The position numbers and the translations under genes were made by a program. Of a stretch of 64,000 bases of DNA, positions 12,790-26,974 are shown piece by piece (the first letter of the stretch is position 1; each line of letters begins with the position of its first letter). The stretch is from Lama glama. Lineage: Eukaryota. The stretch covers positions 58,096,001 to 58,160,000 of the forward strand of contig CM052817.1 in the NCBI GenBank assembly GCA_028534125.1, in the 5' to 3' direction. The notes under the pieces were generated by a model, which saw only the letters and a program-made list of their open reading frames with translations, had not been told where the DNA came from and made no database searches.

Positions 12790-13084
12790 TCACGCTCCTG
12801 ACTAATCAATGTGTTGGTTCACCTGGAAAGAAAATCAGTCCTGAGCTGAAACCGCAGGTGTCCTCCCCCCACCTTTGGCTTGTGTCCCAGGGACTCGTAC
12901 ACGCAGTGCCATCAACGGGCAGGGGTGCGTGATGGGGTGACGGAGGGATTTGTGAATGGTGCTTCTCTGCGCGTGGAGGCTGAGCCTTGCTGATGTAAAG
13001 GAGGAGGTATCCAGAGTGAGAAGAAAGGCTATTTATGGCAAAGAGTTGTGAAATTTCTCGGGGTTTCCTTCCGTGTTTCCTGAG

Positions 13085-13145
13085 CTTCTCTCTCTCCCTC
13101 TCTCTCTTTTTTTTTTCTTCTTTCCTCTCTCTCCCCTCTTCTTTG
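13085..13145. repeat. Polypyrimidine (CT/T) tract
   Basis: About 60 nt of uninterrupted pyrimidines on the + strand, followed by GCCAG. Confidence 0.9.
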
Positions 13146-14439
13146 CCAGAATTAGAAGCAGTTCTGCTTTTCTTCCCCCTCTTGTGGGACCTTGAATATG
13201 AGTGAAGGAAGTCAGAAAATCACTTGTCATTTTACAGATACAAGAAAAAGGCTTCTTAGAAGTTGCTCATCTCTTGCCCTTTAATGTTTTTATGTACTTA
13301 GTCTCTACTCTTACCTCTTCAGGCCATCAATAGTACCTACAAGACAGAAGGTACCTACTTGGTTTCAGCAGCTTTCATTTCTAATATTTTTACGGTTGAA
13401 TACCTTCCTACTGATATGTAACACATATCCTTCATCTCTACCCCTAGAAAGGCTATTAAAAATAATGTGCACACATTTTACCGTAAAGTTGGGTTTATTA
13501 AAAGCTTTGGGGAAGAGAGGCAGACACCTGGATGAGTTTATATCGATTATTACTGATTAGAATTAGAACTAGCTATGAAGAAAAGATCTAAAATACTAGT
13601 AATCGAGGCTACAACGCAATCAGTTTGTTTTGCTTTCTGTTTCTATTTGCTTTATAACAGGCACACATTCCAAAGACATAACTTGAAGCATAAAGATGCC
13701 TTAGGACGCTTTATGTGCGTTAGCAAATTTATGTTCTTGAAAGTGGCAACCTGTGTTTTCATAGAACCAATGATGGGTTGTGCTCATTATTTTAAATTGG
13801 GATGTCACTAAGCGCCTGCCAAGCACAGTGTTTTTAAAACATTGAAATTTCATATTGCAACTACTAGTTCAGTAATTTCACAGAGACGAGAAGTAGATTG
13901 ACCAACTGATTGTCAGAGTGATTTGTCTTCATTTGGTATTAAGGAGCTCCTTATTTTGATCAAAATATGCCAAATGTTTTTGTTTTTCTAGTGTGAAAGT
14001 AGCTTTCCTCAACAGTCCTGTTTATTTTGAAGACAAAACAGAGTTAAGAATTTGTTATTTTGATTTGGTTACGTTCTTATTGGTTTAAAATACATTTTTA
14101 ACAGTGGAGCATGTGCAGTTATATATATTACATTAGAACTTGGCCTGAGGCCCCACTCTGAGGGTTGTTACCTTAATTTTCCTAAATCATTGGAATGTAG
14201 AAGTAATGGGAAAATTTTAAATGTACTTGATGAGCTGTATTATTGCAATCATTAAAAAGTAATATTTATGAATACTTTTTTCTTTGACATCAGAGAATGA
14301 GCAACTGTTTATTATTTTAATGATATATTTTATACTATAGAATGTTAATTTACATCAAACTTATGAAGTAGAAAATGAAAAATACTACATTTTGTTGATA
14401 TTGAACACCTTACTCCATTTTATTACTCAGCATAGTATT

Positions 14440-14800
14440 CATAATAAAGGGCCTATTGTGGAGGAGCATAAGACTTCCTTGCTTCCTCCTGCCCTTCAGG
14501 GGCTTACTCTCCAGTTGGGGCCAATCTGATGTTCATGCTTGAACAGAGTTAACAACCCTTGACAATAAGAGATTGCATCTCTAATGAAGACTGCAGGAGT
14601 TCAGAGCATGACATTAACACTTCATACTGGATTATGTCTGAAAAGGCTTCCAGGGTAGGTAAGACTTGCTTGGTCTTGATCTTGAGGGATGAATAGGATT
14701 AGTGGTTTGTGGGTGAGAATATAAGGTATAAGATGCAAATCTCGTGAATTTGTAGAAAAGAACAAAAGGTCTAAGGAAAGATAAGTTTGTTTTGAAATAG
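14440..14800 (-). mobile_element. L2 fragment
   Basis: CCTGCCCTTCAGGGGCTTACTCTCCAGTTGGGG...GAAAAGGCTTCC...GATCTTGAGGGATGAATAGGATT. Confidence 0.65.
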
Positions 14801-16526
14801 ATTTTGATATTGCAAAGTGGTTGAATTTGCTGTGCAAAATTCAGAGTGAGTCAGGTTCTGTGTACAGCATTCTGTACACTGTATTCTTGGAGTTAGGTGT
14901 CAATATTTCTGTACCTGAGAAGACAGATCATTGATTTTATCTTGCCTTTTAATGAAAAATATGCTCGATATATATTTATAGAGAATACTTACTCTAAATA
15001 TTTAAATATACCACATCACACTAAAGTGTTGAATTTCATGTTAATACCAAGGTGGCATCACATGAAATGAGGTGTTTAGGGTACATCCTTAACTAACCTT
15101 TATTAGATTTGCTCTAAAGGAAAAAGTATGAGATAGTGTTAAAAAAAAAAAAACCCAAAACTGTATTAATAGTGAGCAGTCATTGAATGCTTAATATTTT
15201 ATTCATATGAAATGTATAACTCATTAACATATTTTCTATATTTTTAAAGTTATTAGAATGCATCTGCATTATAGTTAATCTATCCTTACATTATTTTCCA
15301 TGAATATACAGCTATGATGTGGGGCTTGTGAACAATTTTAGAATTTTAACAACAGTTTTAAAGATGTTGTAACTATCTTTTGATATATAGATTGTATTAC
15401 TAATAGCATGCTTTATCTCTATAAACATTTTGAACTTAGTTATTTCTTCTTTGTATATATATTTGTTTTTATATAAGCACAAAACTTTAAAATGCATTTC
15501 CCTATTTTAAGAACATAAGGGGAAAGATCTGACTTGACATTGAGATCCCCTATTCAATATGACACCCCAAAAGTATGTTATGGTGACAGTAAGGAAATAG
15601 TACAAATATTAGATATGACTTTCAATAAATAACAGAATAGAATTACTTTCAGATTAGCTGAATTAAAAGACTTTCATATATATTTTGTTGATGGTGAATA
15701 GATAAGAGTTATTACAGAAGTGAAAAGCCTATTAAATCATCAGTTTCATATTCATGCAGGAATGGAATGATTTCCAATGCAGTCAAGGTACAGACCAGCA
15801 TATCTGTTAATTGGTCTCTTTTGAGTTTGGCTTTGCACTATATGTCACAGGTGTATCACTTTGATAATGTAATCTCTCCTTCTGTATGACTGACAGCTTC
15901 TGCATGATTTCCCTACTGGATAGTGACAAAATCTGTTTGCTTTATATTGAGGGCATATGCTTCTATCAGCAATATTATCTTCACTGTGCAAGAGTGACAG
16001 TTAACAATAAAACATGAAGTCTGGGGTGGGAGAAGCACTAAGAAAAGATGAAGAGATTGATGACAATAACAAAAGAAACATACTTCAACATGTAGCTTAA
16101 ACTAAATATAACATAAAACTGTAAAGCTGACCAGTCTAAACTGCAGTTGATACAACTATCATTTCTTGCTTTAAAATGACTATATTTCAGTTTAAACTGT
16201 CTTTATGTGGGCTAAACAAAATGGCAAAAAGAAAAAAAAAACAGTGGTTGAAAATGTTTACTAGGGTCTATGGTATGATATTACAATTTAAAAAAATTTC
16301 TGCTTAGAACTTTTGACAGATAAAGTTTGTTTGGCAAAATTTCTGGCCTGATACCTAGAATAACTTAAAATGTCATTTTTGGTTTTGCATTTTTTATGCT
16401 ATATTTACAATTTTAACTAAACTTATTAAAATTTTTGAACACTGTAACATTTTGATACTAAATAAAATCTAAAGGTCATTTATAAGGAAACATTTTATTA
16501 TTTAATGGCAAATTCTTAACCTAGGG

Positions 16527-16666
16527 CAGTAGTTCTCAAAATGTGGTTCCCTGGGCAAAAGCACCAGTGAACTTGTTAAAATGCAATCCCGTTGAATGAT
16601 TGAATCAGAAACTTTGGTGGAGTCCTCTATGTGATTCTTATGCACCCTAAAGTAGGAGAACCACTG
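16527..16666. mobile_element. MER5A-like hAT-Charlie non-autonomous DNA transposon
   Basis: Terminal inverted repeats CAGTAGTTCTC / GAGAACCACTG, with internal TGAATCAGAAACT and TGATTCTTATGCAC. Confidence 0.9.
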
Positions 16667-17544
16667 ATGAAGGCAGTGTCTTCCACCTATTTTGTACCTA
16701 AATACTTTCTTCAACTGGTAGCTTTAACTATTTAGACCTGGAAAATACTATACTCACCAAGAGAACATTTTCATCTTAATTGAATTAAAAAATGAGTCTA
16801 ATTCCTAAGCACATATTTGCTGTTGACTGGAGAAGCAATCTATATGTATAGAATTTAACTGAACGGTAATGACCTCCGGCTGACCTTACTGGTAGTCATT
16901 TACAGAACAAAAAATATGCACAGTGTACAAGGATTGATTATTTTTTGTTTAGTTTTCTTGACTTTTATGTGATATTTTTGGTTTTGGCATTTATTATCAT
17001 CTTCTCTATAAGATTAGAGTTCTGTTAGCACACAACTATAACTTCACAAGTGTGGAATGTTCTCCCAAAGTCTTATTACTGAAATAAATTTTAGACCACA
17101 TCTCTACATCTTTCAGGATTAAAGATAATGTGTTCCAATCCTGTATCTCTCTTAGTAACCCTTCCCTCTCCTTCTTATCCTCCCTCCCTACCCTTCTTGT
17201 CCCATCTTCCTCCTTTCAGGTATGAGCTCAGTTGACCTTCCTTGGCCTCCTTTGCTACATCAGTTTCTCTCTGATACATTGTTTTAGTTCTCTGTTCCTC
17301 TACTTTGTGGTAGTCATTGCAATTTTAATTATATGTGTGTTTGTGTGATTGGTTCAGTATTGTATCATTAGGTATTAACAGTGGCAAAAACAAATAAATA
17401 TTTGTTGAATAAGTGTATACCTTCATTCTAAGGGTATATTATGTTCCAAAGACTGACACTTTAAAAAATATTTTAAAGGAGTCCTGGAATATATGTAAAT
17501 ATAGGTATTGTTTTTCTTTCTATTTTGCAAGTGATGAGATGTTT

Positions 17545-17700
17545 ATTAACAACAACAGCAATGGCTATAATGTGCTAAACACGACTTCCATGATAAGCAC
17601 TTAAATAGGTTATGCCATGCAGTTTTCCTAATACTATAAAGTTTTGTGCGTATTTTAGAGGTGAGGAAACTGAGGTTCTGTTCTGTGATCTGCCAAGCTA
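17545..17700 (-). mobile_element. MIR fragment
   Basis: ATTTTAGAGGTGAGGAAACTGAGG antisense core. Confidence 0.75.
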
Positions 17701-18589
17701 CCTACACCAAACTTTGATTTTTTTTTATTACAATGATGAATAAATTATGAAACCAGTAGACAGAAAATGTGGAGTGTATTTTCTCCTTATTCTGATTTAA
17801 CTCAGAGCCCAGCAGTATCTGTGCATTACTCACCCTGTTGCCATTATCTTCAGAGATGCCATTATTGTGTCTTGGGTGATTGGAACAAGTGATGGAGGAC
17901 TTGCAAGGCTGAGGCTCCCATCTTCTTATTGCTCTTTTCAGTACGGAAGTTGTTTATCCCCAGTGCCACTCAGTCACAATTCTTTTACCCCAACTGGTTA
18001 GACTCTCCAAACTTGTTAGTGGAAATTTAAGATGTAACTAAGTGTAATTTTCAGAATGAGTACCTTAATGCAGAGAATGCTCAAACATTAGATAGTCTCC
18101 ATATTTGGAGATATGCAGCTTATCTTCTGGAATACTTCACACACAGCTTTGAGTACCATACTCAAGCAAAGTTGACCTTAGGTGCCGTCTGTTAATTCAT
18201 TTTGACTCCCATGAGAAGAAAAAAATATTACATGCTCGTATCAGTTTAGTTTCTTTTGGCTTTTAATCTTTAACTTATTTATTTAAATATGTGTTTAACC
18301 AATATTCAAATGTCTGCAGCAAAGGAAATTTTTAAAGGCTGGCTCTATGGACGTCCATCAACTATCGGACAATCAGAGTTAAATCTGGTTATTCTGAAGC
18401 CCTCTACTAGACTAGCTGGGCAAAATTTTATTTTCATAATTTGTTTAAATCAGTCAGTAACATGAATAAAAGTAGATGCAAGTTATCAACAAGAAAAAAA
18501 AATAATTGGTTGTTTCACTGAGTACATTACTTATGGCCTACTTTGTAGCTTTTTGTGAGAATCTGTTTTGACTGTCACTGGAATCATTT

Positions 18590-19230
18590 AATCTTTAACT
18601 GGAGCCTCAGTCATACTCCTGATTTAGGACCAATTCTTCTATGTAGTGGTAAGATGGACTGGCTTCTAGTCTCAACACTTTGGGACTTAACATCAAGCCA
18701 CCCATGATGTCCAGCTCTTATATGATAACTTATTTATAGTAATGCTTTTTTCTCATAACTAAAACTGATTTCTCACCAAATATTTTCCCCTGCATCTTAA
18801 TAACTTAATATCACCATTTCTTATAGCATTTGAGTGAGATCTTTCTTTTTACAGAGCCTTCTTTATTTCTTTAAGGACTGGGCTCCTACCTCTGAAACCA
18901 CATCATTTCCTGACCTTTTTATCTGCCAGCAGACTCACCACCCCCACCGTAGTAACCACTTTCCTGGATGTCTAAACGTTGCCAGCTTTTAGAGATATGC
19001 TTCATTTGCAGTACTCACTCTTGGACCTCCATAATGCCAACCACTTTTGGCATATTGCCCCACTGTCAGGTATGCAGGCTGGTTGGACTTCTTGGAAATA
19101 TTTACAGCTAGGTCTGTATATTGCTTTCCAGACTACAAAGCAGGTCTAGTTCCAGGTTCTAACCATCATTAGACTGCCTCATTTTGCTGCATGTCATCTT
19201 CCCTTATCTGGCTGTTTCCTGCTATAGAGG
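18590..19230 (-). mobile_element. Very old CR1/L3-like RT-region remnant
   Basis: The reverse complement weakly follows the CR1 ORF2 motif order (SGVPQGSVLGP...FADD...ILPLY...LVRP.LEY). It is heavily decayed and judged by eye. Confidence 0.4.
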
Positions 19231-21039
19231 TACCTCATTTATCACCACTGACAACAAACATTTTGTAAATGCTTCTTATGTATAAGTCAGTCTGTTTCAA
19301 AAAGAATGCACCACATATGGTTCCTGAACAAATTATCCACATAAGTAGAATACATACTCTTCCATATCTTTTTTGGTGACTAAATGTGATATATGTACAC
19401 AAATAATGGGCAGAATGTGCATATGAATTCTTTAGGGTTTGCCTGTTTCTCTTATTCAGTTGTTTATTTCTCACAATTACAATTGTTTATTTCAAGATGA
19501 CCTGGCTCTTCTCCTTTCTCCTTTATGACCTTATTTGAATGTGTTAAAGAAACATACTCCGGACTGTGTGATACTTTCTCTAAGTTTCATTAATGAAACC
19601 TAGGGATATTTCTGTGTTCAGGAAGTGTTTGTTAAGCCAGGTATACTGCCTTAATTCAACTTTTCTGGGAGTTTTAGTGATATGCTTTCCTTATCAACCA
19701 AATTCAGACTAGCATGTCATATTTCTTATGTACCTGTTCACTGCAGTTACTTCTTCCCTGAAAAGTTTAATACCATGATTCTGTTAATGAGTTGTTGTAT
19801 GTGTGGCTTTTTTTGGTTTTTGTTTGTTTGATTTTGGCAATAGCAGCAAATGATACGTCACTAACCTATATTAGGTTTATAAATAAAACCATACAAGTGT
19901 ATATGAATAAAGACATGGCAGAAATAAATGCAGATATAGGCTTTAACATTCTAGGCACTTCTTCAACTATTTTTATTTGTTCGATTGTTTTTTTTTTTGT
20001 AGATATACAAATTACCAGTGCATTAAGTCTGAATATATGAAATGTGTTTAGTGACTGCGCCTTTCTAATACAGTATTCTTTAAGACATTCAGGAAAAGCT
20101 TTAAAGGGGAAAACACATTAGATGAGATGATTAAGAAAAGGAAAAACATACCTCTAAACCAAACTCAAATTCAGTATTAGAAATGCAGACTAAATAACTT
20201 ACTTCAGGTAAAGTTTCAAAATATCTTATTGGTAACAAAACCAATGAGTCTATGTGTCAGGGTTCCTGAATTTTCAAAGGAATGCTAACTACAGGCAGAT
20301 AGCTCAAGAATAGTTTGATTTTGTTTTTGATTTTTAATACTATATTCATGTGCAAACAGACCCAAGAAAACCAGAAATATTCATTAATAAATGAGTTACT
20401 GAAAAGTTAGAATGTACCTCCTATAGCAGTAATTTTAAAAATCAAGTGTAGATTACTAAATTGGGCCATCAGAGTCACTACAAATTTGTACACAGCAAGC
20501 ATATAAACTTATAACAACATTATGGCTAAAATTAACTTTGAGGGGTATTGGCAGGTATCTTCTTCATCAATACCAGTTCAGCTTTTGAAAGGATGAGGGA
20601 CTCTGCAGTGGGAGGGTCTAAGTTGATCAGAGGGAGAGGAAGCATCTTGGGGTGGGGAGAATCATGGGGCTCCTGAGTCCAAAACACTGCAGTGCTCACT
20701 GTCTAGTGAGGAGTAAGAAGGAATGCCTCCCAGGATATTTCTGAGGAGAGTCAGGTTCATTGAATGATGATACAGAAAATGCATAGCCCCAGAGGTCTAA
20801 TGCAGGAAGTGATCGGATGAGGTATTTTAAAAGCCAAAGCATTTTAATTTGAAGGTAGGATAGATTGGTAAATTTGAAGTTTTGGAGATCCTTCAGTCCC
20901 TCTTTCAACCTGCTAGACCTCAGTCTCTCCAGTCACCTTTGATGCAAGGGAGCTATCCAGGGTACTAGGCTCTTGTCAAAGTTCTCTTGTAAAACTGTGC
21001 AAAATATTTTGTTGTTTTTGTTTTTGCTATTCATAGAGC

Positions 21040-21375
21040 CTGCCATTACAGATGCTGCGTCATTCACTTGGAATGACTGAAACTTCCACGATTTGGTTTA
21101 TTCAGTGGGTCCTTCAAGGCTCAATTCAAATGTATATTCAAGGAGGACTACCTCAGTCCCATGCAAGAAGCCTATTTTGAGTTCCAGTAACAGCCTGTGT
21201 ATATCACTGTGAAATCTCCCTTTAATGCATCATAATTCACTGCTTGCTTGTGCTTCATGCCCACTAGAATGTGAACTCTATGAGGGCAGTAATTTTGTGT
21301 TTTATTCTCTTTTTCAAGCTGCTTGTCTAAATCAGTGATGTGAAGATCCTCAGTAATTGATAAATGAATGAATAC
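21040..21375 (+). mobile_element. L2 3' end
   Basis: CCCACTAGAATGTGAACTCTATGAGGGCAG...TGATAAATGAATGAAT. Confidence 0.8.
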
Positions 21376-23313
21376 TGCTTAAGAGTGACTTGAATATTGC
21401 CCATCCTTCTGTGAACTACTCCAAGTGCTAGCCACTGTCCTGAATCACATCTAGGCTCAATTTGAATATTGCCCTCCATGGGTTTTTCATGGACTGAAAC
21501 TTTGTTCTTAACATTGAACCAAGTATCCTAAAACGTCTAAAAGTCTTCAAAAAATGAAAGGATTGGAGTATCTCTAGAAACTATAGTATATATACCATGG
21601 GAATTAGGGGATCAGCAGAATTTAAGGAAGCAACAATATAGGCCGATATGAAGGATGGGGGTCAAAGGAGAGTCTGGTCTGTCACTTCCTCAAACAAGAA
21701 TCCCAGCCATCCACACCACACTCATTCTCTGAGGCCTCTGGAATTGGAAATCTCCTCTCAGTTCCCACAGCCCAGATTCATATTTTGAAATGCCTGCAAA
21801 TTGGAGGCTGTGTAAGGCTGGCAGAATTCTTTAACTGAATAAACAAATGTTACTAGGTCCTGTATATATATATATATATTGGTTAATGAAACATACGGTT
21901 TCTCTCCTCCCTGAAGCTTATCATTTAGTTCCCAATTGCAGTGTCCATATTATTCATGGTCCTTGGCCAGACTGGAACTTGGTAGATCTCTTTTCTCTGT
22001 CTTCTTATAGCCATATTAGTGACTTCTGAACTGCCATAAAAGCAAGTGTGCTTGTTTTCAGTTCTCCACACCCATACACATCACTACTCTGAATGTTCAG
22101 TGTGATTATAAGTGACTACATCGTTACAGAAAAACTCTTTTATTTACACATAAGGCATCCTGTCACTGGTGTGGTATTGACTTAATGGTCACTTTTGCAT
22201 GATGTTGGTGAGTTGTGTACCTGTCTATATCTTCCCTTATAGGACAGTTCAAGAATAGTTTAGGTACCACAGTTTTTCTTTTGGTCAGAAATTCCCTGTA
22301 TTTCAAGTGCAAGAACCATAGGAAATGGTTGTGTGGCCTTTTCATGGGGGATATTTTACTTTATAATTCTGCCTTTCATGTTTTTGAAATATACATACTA
22401 TCTATTTTGTATGTCATGCTGTTTCTCTTTCCTGTTTTTATTTTTTTCTTCCACTTATTGCCAGCAGGAGTGTTTCAATTATGAAGCATAGATGGAAAAA
22501 CTATATTAGTTATTTTTAACTCTTGGGGACCTAGTTATATAACTTAAAGAAATAATATGGATTAAAAATAGATGTAAAAGAAAGAATTTTTAATGTGTTA
22601 AAAGATGAATAAAGCAAACATTTTCTGAAACCATCTTAAATAAACTCATAGTTTGGAAAACTAATAATTTCTTTGCTAAAGATTTAGAATTATACCAGAT
22701 AATGTGACTATCATTAATTTTATGGATTAGAAACCACTAGAGTCATTTTCTACTAAAACTAGAGATGAAACACTCCCTATAAAAACTAGAGTTTAGTCCA
22801 TCTAAAAGAAAAGTTGCCTTAAAACTGTTTTGAGGGTTCCTATGATGTGTGTCACAATTTAGGTATTTTATAACATAACTGTTAGGAGAAAGAGGTGAAT
22901 TTTAGCAATCATGTGAATCATTTGTGTTGTGTAAGCATAGCCCTAGGACTCCTCAACATTTGGTCAAGCCTAGGACTCCTTAGGGACCAAAAGTGATGAT
23001 TGCCTCCGATTTAGAGTGTGGTCGTGAAAAGATGGGGGCCTGCTGTGATTACATTTTTTCTCAACAGAAGAAGGTAATGCAGTTTACACCCCCATCAAAA
23101 CCAATTTAAGTGCCTATACAAATATTACTGAATTAAATGTTTTTACTAGAATATTTGAAATTAGTCAAAACTTGGATCAATCTTGTTATATATGTACATA
23201 TAAAAACATACATATGTATGTAGTAATGTAATTTTTTATAATGGGATCTATCTTATAAAAATTTCTTCTAATAATATAGGTAGTTTTAGTTTTTTTTTTT
23301 TGAGGGGCAGAGG

Positions 23314-23679
23314 TGAATCAGTCAGTGACCTCCCGAAAAACAACCAATTGTATTTGTATCCATGTGATCTATCTGCAAGAAGATTCATTTTAAGGAACTA
23401 GCTCATGTGATTGTAGAGGCTGGCAAATCTGAAGTCCATAGGGCAGGCCAGCAGGCTGGAAACTCAGGTAGGATTCCTTCTTTTCCAAGAAATTTCAGTT
23501 TTGCTCTTAGGCCTTCCACTGATTCCATGAAACCCACTCACATTATTTAAATCAAATGATATAGACAATAATCATATCTACAAAATACTTTTCACAGCCA
23601 CATCTAGACTAATGCTTGACCAAACAATTGGGCCTGCAGCTAAGCTAGCCAGAGTGTCACATACAATTTAACCGTCGCA
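23314..23679 (-). mobile_element. ERVL solo LTR (MLT2, MLT2D-like)
   Basis: TTTTAAGGAACTAGCTCATGTGATTGTAGAGGCTGGCAAATCTGAA...AATTTAACCGTCGCA, with TG...CA ends flanked by GAGG on both sides. Confidence 0.9.
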
Positions 23680-24399
23680 GAGGCTGAGGGATAGTAGGTT
23701 AACCAGCCCTTTCTTGTTTACATGATAAGTTTACTTATACATGTTTTTGCTTTGGTCAGAGACACTTTAGCATCGGTCATTTATTCCTATTTGTAGGCAT
23801 GGGTCATTCATTTGTTCCTTACACATTTTGTAATCATTTATTAAGCATGCACTGTGTACAAGAGACAATGCTGGGCAATTGAATAATTTTAAAAAGTGAA
23901 TGACAGAGGCTAAATCAGATTCTAAGTGTGTTAATTTTAGTGGAAGAGCCACAAGTATAATAGATGGCTGCATGATAAGTAAATATGCAGAGCAGAAATG
24001 TGCATTTTTCAATCTTGTCAATTAAATGTCATTTCCCCCATGAGCAATAAAAAAATCATGTCAAAGGTTAATATGCCAAGTTACTATGCTTATTAGTTTA
24101 AGGATGACTCATATGTAAAATTGGATTATGAAAGTATGCTTGCCCACTGAAGGTCAACCTCATTTAGACAATGTTGGCCATGCATACATTCATTTTAGCA
24201 CATTAAGAGATTTGTATTTGTATTCAACCTATGCAAAGGTGATTCAATATATACTCAAATAGGTCTGACAAGTGGGCTGTCATGTTTTATTGATAATCTT
24301 ATACTTTCTATAGCATAGAGCAATAAACATTTTCTTTACTGCATCCAAATGAGTGTTTTCTCATAGCAGTTTCTCCTTCTAAAAACTGTATTTTATTTC

Positions 24400-24700
24400 T
24401 ATTTTATTATTCAATGAATATGAACTTGTCTGCCTGACTTTTGAGGCCCTCTGTAAACTCACCACACCTTGCTAGTTCAACCATAGATCTTCCACTTTGT
24501 TAAGGCCATGTAACTTAGAGCACTCTCTCACGCACAGTATGTGCATTTCATGCTTTCTGTTTATGCAGATCTTTGCTGTCATTAACAGTCCTGACTCCAT
24601 GAAACCTTCCATGACAACTTTAACCCGCCTGGGGAGTTTCCTTTGCTGCACTGTGAGTTGCAAGCAATACCTAGTTGGCACTAGACAATTAAGTACAGTC
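24400..24700 (+). mobile_element. L2 fragment
   Basis: TTTGAGGCCCTCTG...CTCCATGAAACCTTCCATGAC...CCTAGTTGGCACTAGACAATTAAG. Confidence 0.55.
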
Positions 24701-25369
24701 TGTTCTGGTACAGTGCATTTGTACCAGAATTTGTAGTGTGAATTAGCTCCTACAAGACTGGTAAATAGGAGAATTATGTTAGTAAAATGCAGAAGTTGGG
24801 TCACGTATGATTTTCCCTCAGCATATTAATATTTAGCTTTACCAAGTAATTAGAGCTGCAAGCAAAGTATACTAAGGCAGGCAAATACAAAATACAATAG
24901 AGAGATACTCTTTTCATCAATCTACTTTCTCCTTTTTTTTTTAAAAGGAAAAAGCTTATGTATATGTATGTATATTTCCTGTATTATTTATTTTTTGATA
25001 AGAAATTCTACATGTCCTTTTAGGCATACAGGGTAAAAATTATTTTGGTTTTATGTAAAACTTTTTGTTGTAAGGGCATAGATTTTGAGTGTTTCTGCAA
25101 AACCCTATTTTTGAGAGTTGTAAACTCATATTTATTGTCCAGTTTTTCAGAATGAAAGAACACATATTGCAACAGCAGGAATTGAGGACGTTTAGTTCAA
25201 ATAATTTAATATTTATTGAACATCAACTCTGTGCTAATGTTGGGTGTATGAAAAATGAACAAGATTTACTTTTGAGTACACAGGAGACTAAGTCAAAATT
25301 GTGTGTGACGGTGGTTCTATTGCTTACTTGGATCAGTGGATCAGGAGGAAGAGAGACAATAAGAAGTAA

Positions 25370-25790
25370 CTGTGACCTTTGTGCGTGTTCCTCTCTCTGC
25401 CTGGAATGCTCTCTTATTCAAACTTTATTTAGCCATTTTCTTCCCAAGCTTTATCTCTCCACTCAAGCATCATTTCTTTTTACTATTTTAGTCTCACACA
25501 GCACCATGGACCTTTCTTTTGTAAGACTTAAGGTAGTTGTTATTTTACAATTATTCATGAGATTATTTGGATAATATTTTTCTTTTTCTTAGACTGCTCC
25601 ATGAGAACAGAGACTGTGTATATTTATTCCCATCTTTGTATTCTTATTTTCTAGCAAGCTTGAAAACATACACAAACATGCACACATACATAGCAGGTAT
25701 TAATATATATATAAGAAGTGTAATACATATTATATATAGAAGTAATTCATTCACCGAGTTTTATTTGCATGAATGGATAAATAGATAAGT
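25370..25790 (+). mobile_element. L2 3' fragment
   Basis: GTTCCTCTCTCTGCCTGGAATGCTCT...AGACTGCTCCATGAGAACAGAGACTGTG...TGAATGGATAAAT. Confidence 0.8.
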
Positions 25791-26079
25791 GAATTTTTCT
25801 TTCTTTTCTGTATTTTTTAACAACTGAACTTAGATATGCTTCCTAGAATGAGTCAGTTGTTTTTTCTATTTGTATCACTTTTATCACCACATTTCCTATA
25901 ACTCTATTGAAATTTCTGGCTTATGTATTAGTTTTATACACTTTTATTAAATCTATTGTAGAAAGAAAAATATTTTAGGCCCCAGAATTTCTTGTTTATA
26001 TCTTCTAGAAATTGCAAAAAGTTTTAAACACACAAAGCCTAAAAGCTTAAAGAAATAGAGAACACTATTTTTATTACTT

Positions 26080-26780
26080 AATTTTTACTTATTATTTGGG
26101 TAAGAAGGATGACTTGAAACCAGGCCCTAAAAGGAAAAATCTAAAATAAATAACTGACAAATTTGGAGGAAAATATTGATATTTTTATTAAAGTTAAGAA
26201 TATTTGAACATCAAAATTGAACACCTAAATTGAGTGAACAAACAAATAAAAGGCAACACAATATTTACAAGAAATATAACCCAGAATACTTAAGGAAAGC
26301 CCACAAAACAACAATAGTATGACTAACTGCCCAACAAAAAAAAGTAGAGTAAAATATAAATACTGGCAGCTTATAAAAGAGGAAACTCACTGGAAAGTGT
26401 TAAAATATGCTCATCTTATTAATAATAATTAGGGAGATGGAAACTAAAACAGTGGACTGTCATTTCATAGCGCTTATAATAATGAAAATTAAGGCTTGGC
26501 ACTACTAGGTTTTGGTAGGAATGCAGAGTATTGCTAGTATGCATTTCTCATGAGATTGTACATCATTATAAACATGTAAGTCATTACCACTTTCATAATA
26601 TCTAGTAAAGTTGAAGATGTGAAGAGTCAATGATCAAGAAATTCCATTCTTAAGTTTTACATTAAAGATATTCTTGCACTTACGCATCAGAATACATTTT
26701 TTAAAAACCATTCAGTGCAGCATTTTTTAAAATCGTGAATGGAAAGAAACTATATTAGCTGCTAAATTTAATATACAGTA
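26080..26780 (+). mobile_element. Old L1 (L1ME-like) ORF2 C-terminus / 3' fragment
   Basis: A-rich, with TGCTCATCTTATTAATAATAATTAGGGAGATGGAAACTAAAACA and TATCTAGTAAAGTTGAAGATGTG...AATTCCATTCTTAAG. Confidence 0.8.
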
Positions 26781-26974
26781 AAAAAAAAAGTACTTGTTCA
26801 TTTTACAGGAGAATAAACTGATGCTCAGAAAGCTGTGAACTAATTGTCCACAGTCACAGTCCTGAGCTGTTTCCCAGGTCCATGTTTGCTGTCAGTTTGC
26901 TGGCATCCTTAATACATGTGAGACAACTGCAGATTCTTTTCATATTGCATCCCCTAAACACTTCTTTGTGTACC

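Larger units (their letters stand above)
11400..12980. promoter_or_regulatory. CpG island promoter
   Basis: Abrupt switch from AT-rich, CpG-poor DNA to very GC- and CpG-rich sequence with GC boxes (GGGCGG) and G-tracts. It spans the TATA box, exon 1 and the start of intron 1. Confidence 0.97.

Noticed and set aside
11451..12932. Many overlapping long ORFs on both strands (up to 280 aa)
   Set aside because: Expected from stop-codon scarcity in a CpG island. They are R/G/P/A-rich, mostly lack an ATG start, cross the splice donor and resemble no protein family I know.
25089..25574. 161-aa ORF
   Set aside because: It has no ATG start, runs through L2 remnants and has no recognisable domain.
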